Source: Halocafeteria seosinensis
Taxonomy: Eukaryota
Reading direction: 5' to 3'
NCBI GenBank assembly: GCA_001687465.1
Contig: LVLI01000100.1
Location: 1 to 64,000, forward strand
DNA: 64,000 nt
Of this stretch, positions 10,973-23,227 are shown piece after piece (within the stretch, counting starts at the first letter, position 1; each line of letters starts with the position of its first letter). The notes beneath the pieces were generated by a model. The model was not told the DNA's origin. It saw only the letters and a list, made by a program, of their open reading frames with translations, and ran no database searches. Made by a program: the position numbers and the translations under genes.

Positions 10973-12732
10973 ATGAGAGATCACTACATGCTTGGTAGTC
11001 GTAGTGCTAGTACTGCAAACAACAGCATAGAAACTACTCATTTCCCTCGCAAGCGCGCTAAGAAACTGGTAATTGGTTTAACTGGGAACAGGACCAGGAT
11101 TGCTACTACATTTCCATCTACAGGGAAAGATGAAAAGACCACAAACCAGCAGGCGTCTGAAGAGCCAGTCTTGGCCAGGAACTGGCTCCCAGCACTACCG
11201 CCGAAGCAATTGGGAGGTACCGCAAGTGAAGGCTCCTATCAAAGTCCTAAAACGAGTACAAAGAAGGAAGGCAGTGACAACAAAATGGAAATCAAGACAA
11301 GAAGGGACGCACAAATCATCTTGCCTACAGTGTGCTCCGACTACTTGCGACATAGCAGCTCCGATCATGCGATTCGTGCCAGAACTGTAGTCAGCGGGGC
11401 GACATTAGAGTGTGTGCACCCAAGCACAGATCTATCTAGTTTAGAGCCCTCCTCAAATTCTTCAGATGAATCAGTATTGGAACCATTCAGCTCGTCTTCG
11501 CGTGGCAGTCTGGGTGCCTCAGGGCATCAGCCGGAGGTCCCATCCTATCTTCGTGCCATTCCAGATACTGTCTGTGCAGCCTTCCAGCATCTCGGCAGCT
11601 CGACGCTTCGGGTAGCAGATCATCAGTTCAGAAAATTTGTTAAAGAATATTGCAAGCTTCCAGCGTATTTTGGTATTGTACTTTTTAAGCAAATTAAATC
11701 GTATCGTGAGGTGGCAACTGACCTTGTCCGGAACGGAACATTAATGAAAGATGCACTTTTGGATCTATCAACTGCTGATGCTTATGCGGATGTAGCGCAG
11801 TGTAATACTGAAAGTGAATGCATAACTCTAGAGACTTCCTTAGGTTTTGGACTCCCCAGTTGCGAGAAGGCTCACGTCGTGACAAGTTTGTCGCTTTAGT
11901 TACTCCGCCTTCCCGTAAGACTGTTGCTGACGTCGAACAAGGTCGAGATACACAGCGACACCGAACGGCAAGAATAGACGTTACTGACATTCAGCCAATG
12001 GTAGATGCTCTCATTGACCGCCATCCGGACCTGTCCTTGCTGAGACAGGATCCATCCCGGAGGAAGGATTACATTTCTTTCGTCATAGCCAGCGTCTTCT
12101 TCCCCGTACATGGAAGCATTACGAACGGATCGGTGCGTAGGAGTGATCTAAAGGAAAGCGGCATTGTAGAAACATTTTACCGGTGTGCTTGTTGCTCTCT
12201 TGAGAAGATACCTGCTTTCAGTGTTACACTGTTTTTACAACTCCATAACTACTTCAGGCAGCACTGCCGAAAGAGATGTGCCACGGGATACGAATTTATT
12301 CCTTTGGCCAAACTTCCTATTGGATGGGAAAATCAACAGTTACAGCGTAGGATTATGCGCGTGTTAGCGAAGAGAGACTGCGTCGAAGCTACATTCGAAG
12401 AGTTCCTCTGGCTTTCTTATGCTTTAGGTGATCGAATGAAGACGACGAGCCTGCCTTTCTGGTTCTATGTTCTGGACTGGGACGAGGATGGATATATAAG
12501 CGATGCAGATCTACGCGTATGGTTTAGGGCAAAGAAGGAATGTTTGAATGCCTTCAGCATAACGAATGAACTACCCTGGACTGACAGTTTGATACAGACT
12601 ATCGATTGTTTCAGACCCAGTCTAAGGCAGAGCATGAACTTCTGGACATCCAGGTTGGAGGTAAAGGCTTCGGGGCTAGGTATAGTGTTGTATGATATGT
12701 TCATCAACATGTCTCGGCTAGAGACGTCGTAG
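10973..12732 (+). pseudogene. PP2A B''-like protein, tandem copy 4, split by a 1-nt frameshift (pseudogene or consensus error)
   Basis: ORFs 10973-11899 and 11818-12732 are the two halves. ATA ACT CTA _GA GAC TTC CTT AGG at 11822-11844 lacks one base relative to the paralog motif I-x-[LI]-R-D-F-L-R. No other lesions seen. Confidence 0.7.
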
Positions 12733-12867
12733 GCGCAAATAACAACTGATGTTTCGCTTATCACCTATTGGAAACAGGTTTGTCCCTCACATTGTTTTTG
12801 GAACTTGCTGTTACCCCATACCACTAACGTGGATGTATTTCGCTTATTGGCTGCTCGTGTATTGCAT

Positions 12868-14090
12868 TTAGGACCTTTCTTCCCATTTCGTATCGCCCGC
12901 AGTTACAGGTTCGAACATTGACCCACTCGCGGGACGTTCGCCAAAAAACCATTCCTCCACTTTGCGTGCAATGTCTTCTGGAGGAGTCCAATTACTCTTG
13001 TCCGCATCAGGGGCTCCTGCGCGATTCATTGGCGTATCGATGGCGGCAGGCAGAATCCCCAGTGCAGTACTTCCATGGGGTAAACCACTTTCCTTTTGAC
13101 TGCATATGAACCACATGTACTTAAGGGGCGGAGAATACACGCCAACGCAGAAAACAAGAAGGTACATCGGAGTCAACCATACCTCACGCTCGACAACAAG
13201 TGATGGGTCGATGCTTTGGCTATCCCGTACCCGATCATTCCGGGGGTCGCTGCAGAGCGGGTATCCACAACTTCACCGTAAAAAAATAGAAGCCATGCGA
13301 AATGAGATTGAATGGACCACCTACGACCTAATGCGGCTGACGCTCCCACCAGCACAAGTAAGCCATTCTCGTTCATTTTCGTTCCGGCCAAGTGAGAAGC
13401 AGTGACAGCCGAACGAATGCAAGCGTGGTACATTGCTTCCACTCCATCTATCATTTCTTCCTCATTAACCTTGCCGCCTGTAACAGGAACGTTTTGATAC
13501 ATGCGTCAAAATCCTAGAAGGCCAAGGGGATAGAAGAACGTACCAGCCCATCCGCCTGCAGGACAGACAACGGCATCCGCATTCTCGCTGCAAGGTGACC
13601 ACATTACACACGACAAAGTTACATTGTCAATAGGGAGGGCACTACTCTTAGCGGGCTTACTGAAGTTTGGTCTTGACTACATGAACTTGTTGCTTCCAAG
13701 ATAGACTCGTGTCCAGCAAGATATTTTCGCCGGCGTTGGAGTTCTCCCTGTTTGTCAGGATTCCACAGAAGTAAGAGTAGTACCGCATATCATATTCAAA
13801 ATTACAGCTCTATCTTACTTGACATCGACATTTATGGTCTGTATGCCTCGTTGGTTAAAGACATCCACCATAGCGCGTCCGAGAGCTCCGTTGCCTCCAA
13901 CAATGATGATCGATTGCTTCCCGGAACTTGCAGCTGCGAATGCGCGCACTGCTTCGCGACCCGGTACTTTGCTTCCCAAAGGCGTCACTTGCCTCGGGAA
14001 CCCACATAATGCCTTTGAAATGGCAGGAGAGCTTCTAGTCCCCAACATCACAAGGGAGGATGTTCTGCAAAATCTTCCCAACGCTGCCAT
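12868..14090 (-). CDS. QDPR: Dihydropteridine reductase (SDR family), multi-exon, with an N-terminal extension
   Basis: Rossmann motif 'IIIVGGNGALG', 'DAVVCPAGGWAG', 'LLVLVGASAAL..ATPGMIGYGIAKASTHHL' (YxxxK) and 'SGLP...ILPAAIDTPMNR..PDAD..WTP', spread over exons with GT-AG introns. Confidence 0.92.
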
Positions 14091-14463
14091 TGTACTGTTT
14101 GCCTGTACAGACGTTCGCCCGTAGCTGCGAGTGTGTGCGTGTGCGAGTATATGGTGATGCAAACTTTGATGGGTCTAACAATACCCTCTTGTCCATTCCT
14201 TCGATAATATGCAGAACACTTCACGCAATATAGGAAACAAACAATCTTTACTTGGTCTTAGGCGAGTACTGCATTGTAGGCGAAGCAACAAAAGAAGCAG
14301 CGTCAGAGTCGATGGGACGGTGCCAAATTTAACGAAAAAACTACTATGAGTACTACGGTGCTTCTTTGCAATTTGAAGTTGTAAAAATTGGAGTCTTTTC
14401 GGGGCATCGAAGGATCTTCGCGTTGACGAGTTTGGCCTCAATCCTTGTTGGTTGGAATCTCAT

Positions 14464-16523
14464 CTACCGTCTACTTTCCTGAACGAAAGAAATGCGCTTG
14501 GAAACATTTTCTTCCATGAAAGAAGCCAATCGAATCATATCTTTCATCTTTTCTAGCTTTGCCTTCGCTCTCTCAAAGGACTGGACTTCAGGCGCAGCGG
14601 CTACGCTGGAAGTAGGAAGTGGATGAAGGCTCAACTGTTCCTTTCGACTGCATATAAGACGATACATCCCTATCAACATGCTTTGGAGTAATGCAAGCAT
14701 CGAAAATACTCCTAGTGCGCCAACGTAAGTTGGCGGTACCCCAACCGCTACCAATGCTCCATACCTTATTAGTCCTAAGGTGGTAATCAATAGTCCTACC
14801 AGTCTGCCAATGGTAGAACATTTACAGATAGTGAATGAAGTCGCTTGCTATACAACGAGATACGTAAATCAACACTTACAGGTTTAAAGCAATCCAGAGA
14901 AGAACAGCTTTCGTCTGAAAAAGCGCAAGACGGAAGTCAGCATACCGGTATGTTCAGTGTCCAGAACTTTGGTTTTCAACTCAAGCTCGTTCTGTAGTCT
15001 CTCACATTGGGCACGATCTCCCCGGCGGCAACTATCTAGCAATTTGACTTTTTGATGTGCAGCAGCCAAGTATTCACGTGAGTGTTTTTCCGGGGGGAAG
15101 GTTGGGACATCCGGTCCATCCTCACCTTCAATGGAATCGGACACAAGGTCTTGGCTTGCCGTTGCCCGGGCCATGGCCACAGGCGTTACAATCTCCTCTG
15201 AAATCGAGTATAAAAGTACAGAGTTTACATAAGATGGGAAAAGAACAACAAATTGAAAGGATCGAGAGGTCAATCGCCACAGTTGGCCTCGAACAAGACT
15301 GCAGAGAAGTGGAATCGCGAGAACTCCAAAAACTCCCACAACCAACAGCCAGTTCATTGTCGCATCCTGTGTTTGCCTGTCCCAGATGGTATTACCAAAG
15401 AGCCCGCTAGTCAATAGAAAGAGAGCAGCATACAAAATAACACAGCACAACATTGTCATCCCGAACTTTCCCGACGAAGACGAAGCTCCGTTGGGCGTCG
15501 CGAACTTTGACAAACTGAGCAAGAACTAACTGGAAAAGGAGACGCCCGATATAAATGGCACTAAAAACGTACAAGATCGCATCACTCCCTCGCACACCTT
15601 TTAGCGCCTTTGTAAAAATGATCAAGCAACCGCGGGTTTCTCACTTCATTTCTCGGGCACATCCACCGAGCTGAGGATTCCCCTCTAGCGACTGGTACAG
15701 GTATCGAATCGGAGTGTGTCTTGGACAGGTACCAACATCTATCAAACAGCAGTACTTGGGATTTAAGCATCTAGAGAACGCTTGGAAGACCCATAAATGA
15801 GAGTTTAGCTTTCCTCCATTCTTCTCTTTCACAGCGACTAACAACTGGAGCGGCTGGAAATAGCTAGTCCCTGAAGCGTATTTCGGGAGCTCAACACTGC
15901 GCTCGAAGATGTGGCACGTTACCGGTTCACCTTGAAACTGACTCAACATCACGGATTTGTCGTAGACGTTCAAGATGTTACTCAGGTAGTGCTCCAAGGA
16001 AGAGCTCATCTTTTGACAACCATCGAAGATCAGCACAACGAGCACTTCTTGAGGATGCAGATATTCGTGTGCCGTTGACAACGTAACGGACCTGAAAATT
16101 TTGCCGGTCGAACGGTCGTCACCGGCAAGTAGGAGAGGTCTGACTCGTCGCTCATCCCAATGAAGAGATTAGAACCAACAACGTTTTGGAAACTCTGGAC
16201 GTGTATGGATGCTCTTCTGTCGATTCCCGGGTTGTTTCGCTTGGTAGGGCTGCATTCTTGCTCTCCGAAAGTGCTTGTTGATCTTTGCTTTCGCCCTTAT
16301 CCTCTTCACTGTCACCACGAGGAACCGCTTCTTCCAATGTTTCATCTGCAAATACAACAACAAAATGAGAGGTACCCGAAGAGTGGCAGCAAAAGCGAAC
16401 CTCGAAGCAGCTTCGGGCGGGCGGATGCCTCTTCAGATGGTGTCAGTAGCTGTTCAGTGTAAACCTCATACAGCCGTCAATACTGTATACCAACGGTAAG
16501 TACTTACTCGTTTCGGTTTGCAT
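14464..16523 (-). pseudogene. Chitin synthase (GT2, division-1/oomycete-like) relic with frameshifts and a missing catalytic core
   Basis: Retains 'EVLVVLIFDG', 'VKEKNGGKLNSHLW', 'LIDVGT', 'NPQLGGC' and C-terminal TM segments ('FQFVVLFPSYVNSVLLYS'). Frame changes near ~16190, ~16085, ~15650 and ~15490. No QxxEY, EDR, QRRRW or WGTK motifs found. Confidence 0.75.
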
Positions 16524-17043
16524 CGTTTCCTATTGGCTCCCTTCACTCGTATTGAGGATGATACCGGTGCTGCGCTCCCGAGCGGCCTTGTAGAAACCAC
16601 CTGCGACCGGACAAGAGAATTTTACGCAGATCGTTCCGCGAGCTGTCAAGGGTATGAAGCCCCAGAGCACGCCACAAAGAAAATTGGTGTAACCATATAC
16701 TATTCTGGTATCGACGACACAACAACTGCCAACAGAAGTGTTACCGCCAGGTCCCGACGGGAGGGGGGTGATACGAGCGACTGTATGACGTGGCAGAAAA
16801 CCTACACGCGAAGAGATACACAGGAGGTTGTCGTTTGAAGCCGTTGAAACTACACGTTTGCGCCTCAATTGGAAAACGATAACATTACAGATACTATCTT
16901 TCCGTGCAAGTGTCTCCCTAGCGCAAACTGAACTACTGTAGTTCCTGTGTGCATTCGTAACGCTTGCTCATAGGTGACACCCAGAGTAGCGACAAGGTAA
17001 CAGGGTGACGACATGTGTATATTGCCTTCAATGAAGAGCAAAG

Positions 17044-19228
17044 CTATCGTCGCTCTACACCGGTATAACTGGCAGATCGTCGATGCCGAAAGTGTTCCTT
17101 GGGATTGTTGCTACCTGAGGTGGACGCATTAGGTGTTTGTCCTTCCTTATCATGTTGCTGTAAGTTCTTCGATGTCTGATCCATATCGTCTTCAACCAGA
17201 GTACGAGCAAAGTGCGCATGGGTATCTCCGGAGTCTAAATCCAGTTGCAAACCAACACTCGGCGCGGCAGGGGTTCCAGAATGGAACTGCTCTCCCATAG
17301 AAAATGGAGTCCGAGATCCAGTGCTTTGGGCGGCGGGTGGTCCCGGTCCCAAGAGACTGGATCCTCTGGGAGAAGAACCTTCATTGGGTAACGGCCTTCC
17401 CCCAGAGCTCAAACTGCGCTCTCGTCCACACAGTCGCTCTTGTAGATCCTGACTCCTGTCAGAGAGTTGGTATGAAAGTGCACTATTGGAAACTTGATGA
17501 GCACTGGAAGTCCTAATATACAAATTCTTTTCACCAGAATTAGTTCTCCCTGAGTCAGTCTTTGAGGAGTCCCCAGCATCTCGTTGAAAATCCGCGGATA
17601 GTTCAGAACCAGAGGCATTTAAAATACTCGGAGACATAGTGTCGTATCGCCCTAATTCGCCAGTCTGGGGAAACTCAGAGAATGAGCCATGTTGTCCCTG
17701 CCAGGAGAAGGAACCGGAGCGCGATTTTGTGCTCTCATTAAATGCTCTCTCCGAATCCACTTCTAAATTTAGTGTTAACTCTGAGTTTTGCTTGGCCAAC
17801 TTTTCCGCTCTATCCCTTTCCGCGGCCAGCTTTTGCGACAGCGTGAATTTCTCGTCTTTCAAGCGCTTTATTTCGACCTCCATTGACTCGTTGCCTTGCT
17901 TAAGTGTTTGGTACTGATGCTGCACTGTGTCTCGATGCTTTTGCAGCTGTTGGATTTCATTTTGCATTCTTCCAATCACAGGCATCTGATCTCCTGTCGC
18001 TTTAGACGCCATGTCGGTAACTATCTCATCTAGGCGGTTCAAAATATCTTCCTGCGCAGAACAGAGCTTCTTTTCGAGGTCTTCCTTTTGTTTTGTGACA
18101 GTGTCTAAACGGTACTGTAGTTTGTTGACTATGTACCTGCAGCAAAGTATAACAATCTATAGAGACTGGTCACAGTTCATCGGAACGGTGCGGTCACACG
18201 CATACTCTTGTTCTTGTTCCAAATGGTTCTCCAGTTCCACTTTCTCACGGAGAACCCGGTCAAGTTTTGCTCTTAATGTTTCTTCAATGTGCCGTTCTTC
18301 TCGGCGCAATCGGTCCTCAAGCTCTTGCTTTTCTTTAGCGTTCTCTTCAGCCTTTTTCTCCAAGTGTTCGCGCTCCTGCTTCAGTTGCTCTTCCAGTTGC
18401 CTGGAACAATGAACATACAATGTTGAAACCAATATATGAACCCTGAATATTAATTCTGAAGCCTACTCTTTTTCTCCCACGACAGACGACAGTTCTCTCC
18501 GTAGTTTGTTCACCACATATTCCTGCTCTTGGTCCAAGCGTTGCTGGGCTTCTTCTTTTTCTTGTTGCACCTGCGGCGATTGTTTTTGTGATAAAGAACG
18601 AACGGTAAGCTAAATATCTCACTTACTTTTGATAATTTCTTCTGAAGTGTGTTGGTCAAAAACTCTTCCTCCCGGTCCACTTCAAGTGCCAATTTTTCTT
18701 TCTCTTGTTTCAGTGTGCTTAATTTTTTCATCAACTGCCAGTGCACAAGAATCCAATCCAGGGTATCGTACAATAAATGGCCACCTCCGTATGAAAATGT
18801 GCAAACATCGAGCATATCTACGTACTTTGTTGGTAATGTACTCTTCCTCCATCTCAGCAGAGGATACCTGTGACCACCATATTCAAACTCTTACTTTCTT
18901 ATATACATACGGTCAGTTGCAAAGGAAGTCCGTGACGGTAGTCGCTTGTGAAAACTACGCATATATCAGCAAAAGAAGCCAATATAAGCCATGCAAAGAC
19001 CCGACATACCAATTTCGACATGGACTCTTTGAGTCGCTTGACTTCCTCTCGAAGGTACGCATTCTGTTGTTTTAGCTGTGTTGGCGAGTCCTCCGCCGGC
19101 GGGGGTGGTAGTACACTCGATGAGGAGTCTTCCCTCGCTGGATGAGCTCGCTCAGTCGTTATATGACCTGTATATCCCCCCGCTGAAGCGTCCGAAGGCT
19201 GGTCCCTGGACGTGGACTTGTCTGCCAT
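17044..19228 (-). CDS. CCDC6: CCDC6-like coiled-coil protein (multi-exon)
   Basis: Repeated CCDC6/H4 motifs across exons: 'AEMEEEYITNK', 'LMKKLSTLKQEKEKLALEVDREEEFLTNTLQKKL', 'LDQEQEYVVNKL', 'EKVELENHLEQEQEY..VNKL'. Ser-rich tail. Confidence 0.8.
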
Positions 19229-19520
19229 TTTTTGTCGCAAAGGCACGTCTTCTTTCACTGCTTTCAATCGCTCATTGCAGAGAAAGGGAAGCTCTCTTTT
19301 CTTCTTCTCTCCACTAGCAAACAGTACTACCTCCCTCATTATACACGGCGTTATTATCATGGGCCAAAGATAAACTCGACGAAAAGTTTGTCTGGTACAA
19401 CTTCAACTTGGGGCACCTAATTATTCACCTCCACAGAGTGTGACAGAGAGTCTGGTGGATGGTTCATTTGTATGTGCCTCTAGGAAGGAATAGAAATTTA
19501 AATAATATGCATGTTTTGGT

Positions 19521-22500
19521 ATGAGTTTCATCGCCCATGACTCTGAAATGAGCCGTCAGAGTGGCTCCAAGGACGAGCAGGAGCCAACATCACAACATGC
19601 AGCATCGGCTGCCTCCTCTATAACCGTTGATTTCAACACCCATGGGAAGCGAACCCACGATTCCGGAGGCGAGGACACCCGGGGTGGACAGAGCGCTGCG
19701 ACTATGGAACAGAAGGGAGCTGCAGCTTCCTTCCAGGAGGAGAAAAAGCAGCATGGTGAGGTGGCATTTTCGGGGCCTACGAACCTGAGCAAGAAGAAAG
19801 CAGTGTCTATAAAGTCTTCGATATACAATGTGACTCATTCAGACGTGCCGACAAGTGATACCGAGACGAGCGACACGGAGGACGAAGACAGTGAGCAGGA
19901 GACGGACGACGAGGAGTACAATGATGGTGAGGACATGCACCTTAGTCCACCAGAAGAGATAAGGCTGTTTATGAGACGAGTATTGATGTCGGTCCCTTAT
20001 ACGTGTTTATTGATGTTATTTGTACTCTTCTCGGTGTTTGGATTGGATATCGTGATAATCACGTCGGGCGAGGAAGCGGATCGCACGTATGAGGTGCTCG
20101 CCTCCGTATGTTTTTTCTTCTTCTTGATTGATGTCGCTATAGCGGCGTGGACGAGGTCGTATATTTCGAATGATGCCAAGGGATCTAAGAGACATCTATT
20201 TTGCTGCAATGTCCGGGGATATCTGTTTTCCTTCTTTTTTTGGTTGGATCTCTTGACCAGCCTCTCAATGATATTCGATATCCCCTGGATTTGGAACGCT
20301 GTAACTGGTAATGCAGACAGCGTACATTCTGAGTCTATAGCGGAAGCGAGAGCAGGAAGACTAGCTCGGGTTGGAACTAGGGTAGGGCGAATAATGCGGA
20401 TGATGCAAGTGCTAAAGTTGGGTAAGTTTTATTCACTGCCGGGTTCCACAAAGTACTCTGTCGGTGCAATGGAAGAGATGAGAAAGCGTCAGATTGGAAG
20501 CCGCCTTACTGATTTGACTATCCGTAGAGTTATTGTATTGATCCTGGTCATGCTTATCGCCTTGTCTTTGCTTTTCCCTCGGGAGGTGGACAAGAGCGAT
20601 CGCAATGCAGTCAAGCTGCTTCATGAGTTTAACCGGAACCGACCTGAGGGATGGGAGTCGTTGATTGATATTACCAAAACGAAGTTGAGGGACTGGAATT
20701 GGGCAGGCGATGCTTCTCATTTTGACCAGCGTAGATTAGTGTTCTTAGAGATAGAACCTGCCGATCCGTTCGATAGTTCAATACGAGTGGACATACCTAG
20801 CGTATATAACACACTCCGGGATGATTTCTTCGCTGAAGAACTAAGGCAAGTTCGGTTTTCTGATGTGGGAGTGCTCAATTCCTCGGAAACTACGTTTGTA
20901 ACGGAAGGTTGGTTCAATCGACGCCCTATCATCGTGGAAGCGTCCATATTCAACATTGGTCTATCGGTTTTTATACTCCTATTAACGGTTTTCGGCTCTC
21001 TTCTTTTCTCTGTGGATGCTCATCGACTTGTGTCATCGCCCATAGAGAACATGGTTCAGATGGCCTATCAGGCGAGTCAGGTAAGTCGCTGCTAACCCAT
21101 AAGCAGTTTGGTCGAGATGGCGAGTAAAATTTGGTGCTTGCAGGATCCGACAAAGGAACCTCCAGTCTTTCCTCACAGTCGAATGTACGAAACTAAAGTT
21201 CTCCAAAACACCGTTAGAAAGATAGGCTCCTTACTCAGATTGGGCTTCGGGGACGATGGTGCGAAGATTGTGCAACGGCACCTTGTCGAATTTGGTCCGG
21301 GGAGCAACAGATTAGTATCGCACAGCCAAGGGGAGGCGGCAAAACAAGAAAGAGTAATGCAAGCTATGCGCCGAAGTTTCAAGCATGCCCCGACCAAAGC
21401 GCATGCTGGTTCACCTTTTTTGACGTTCGGGCACTTCAACCCAGATGTCCCCAGTGACAGGCTTGAGGTAGTTTTCGTGCGCATCAGGATTTCTAACATC
21501 AAACAAATACGAATGGCTTTGGGAAATCGCACTCCATTGTTGTTGAATCAGGTGTCCTCTCTTGTGCACGACATTGTTCTCGCCTGGGGCGGAGCGATTG
21601 TGGAAAATGTCCACGATGGATGGCACTGTGTTTGGCCTATTCGCGTGGACCATTCGGAGCAAAGCTCCGTATTCGTCAACGCAAGTATGTCTCAACCGGG
21701 TCAAACAAATTTAGAGAGCCTTTTCTCTTCGGGTGGCTCTGTGGCCACGTACCGTCGTAAGCGCTCCGACAGGAGAAAAGGAGATCCGCTAGCAGCTGCT
21801 GGTGCTGCTTCCCAGCTGGACCATGCTTCATCATCACGGCCACCGGATAGAAAAGGGTCCCGCTCGTATTCATTCTTTGAGAAAATCAAAGTACTCTGTG
21901 GTCTTGGTTCGTCATCTGGCACTCAGGTTCCATATGAGAATGTCCTTGAGGACGGACACCCTGCAGACACAGTCGACAGGGCATTACTAGCTGTCCTCAA
22001 AATATGCGCAGAAGTTAACAGGTATGGTCGGCGTGTTGAGCCCAGCTGCGTTGCATCGAACTATTTAAATTTCTTCTGGGATGACACAGATCCAAGGAAT
22101 TGCATGATAGTACTGAGGCTATAGCGTTTCGTAAATGGATAAAGCAACATTTTATGGCTGAGCCTTCTGATATAATCCGCATCCAATGCAGTCTGCATGG
22201 AGGCTGGTAAGTACATTTGCGCCGGTGAAAAACGTTTCTTCTTCAAGAATCACCCATATCAATGCAGGGCTAACGAAGTCGCAGTAGGATCCAGTAGGAA
22301 AGCAGATGTGGTGTATTTCTCTCCTCATTTTTTTGCTGCTGAGTATATTTCCAGACTTGACAACGAATACGGCTCTTCTGTCATTCTGTCGGAAGCAGTT
22401 CACTCTGCACTTTCTGATGAGGCGCAAGAGTTTTGTAGATGGGTGGATTGTCGCGAACTTCCTCTATCTGATCATTTGGGGCAGAGCTCCGAAAGAATAA

Positions 22501-23107
22501 TCAGCAGTTTATTTATTTACGATACATGGTCGTGGATGCAACGAGCTTATAAGCTATCGAAACAGCTGCTACCATTTGGGAAATTTTTACGTTTCCATGT
22601 GGACCCTGATGCGCTAAATAAGTAAGCCCTGAATTTATCCTGGAATAATGTTGTCCGTTACACCACATTCTGTTTTACAGGAGGAAATCACACACTTATT
22701 CTGCATGGAATCGGATTTCGGTCTTGGGTGCGGCCGATGTTGTCACACACCCGGTGGTTCGACAAAAATATAGCAGGGAACTGTACCTGATGGATAAGGA
22801 TCTGATAGCACTTCGTGCACCATGGGATCGTATGTCCGGCTTGGTTTTTGTTTTGGTGTCAGCCTCCCATGCGTCTGCCTCTGTTGTTGCAGGTAGCGAC
22901 TTGATAGATTTGCATCGCCAAGGGGTTCGCCACTATGTGCGAGGAGAGTGGGATAAAGCAAAGGAGTTACTAGAAAAGGCGACATCTCTGGGTCCTCTGC
23001 CGTATATCGGAGGAGATGCAGCCGCAAACGCTATCCTGGCGATTATTCAACGTTATGGAGATCAACCTCCATCATGGTGGCAAGGATTTCGTCCGTTACA
23101 GAGCTAG
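19521..23107 (+). CDS. Ion-channel-like (voltage-sensor) domain fused to a class III nucleotide-cyclase fold (ciliate/apicomplexan ACalpha type), with degenerate catalytic residues
   Basis: TM helices with S4-like 'ARAGRLARVGTRVGRIMRMMQVLKL'. Family linker 'YETKVLQNTVRKIGSLLRLGFGDDGAKI'. Cyclase fold 'LHGGWANEVAVGSSRKADVVYFSP'. C-terminal 'YVRGEWDKAKELL...PPSWWQGFRPL'. Introns at ~21081-21143, ~22023-22089, ~22207-22268 and others. Confidence 0.85.
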
Positions 23108-23227
23108 AATGGAATCGACCAATGCTCAGTAACAGTGAAAAACGTGGCGATATCCTACAACCAGTACGCTGCCTTCAAAAACCCTTTGGTGGGAACTACA
23201 AATTCATATACTTGCCGCAGGTGCTAT

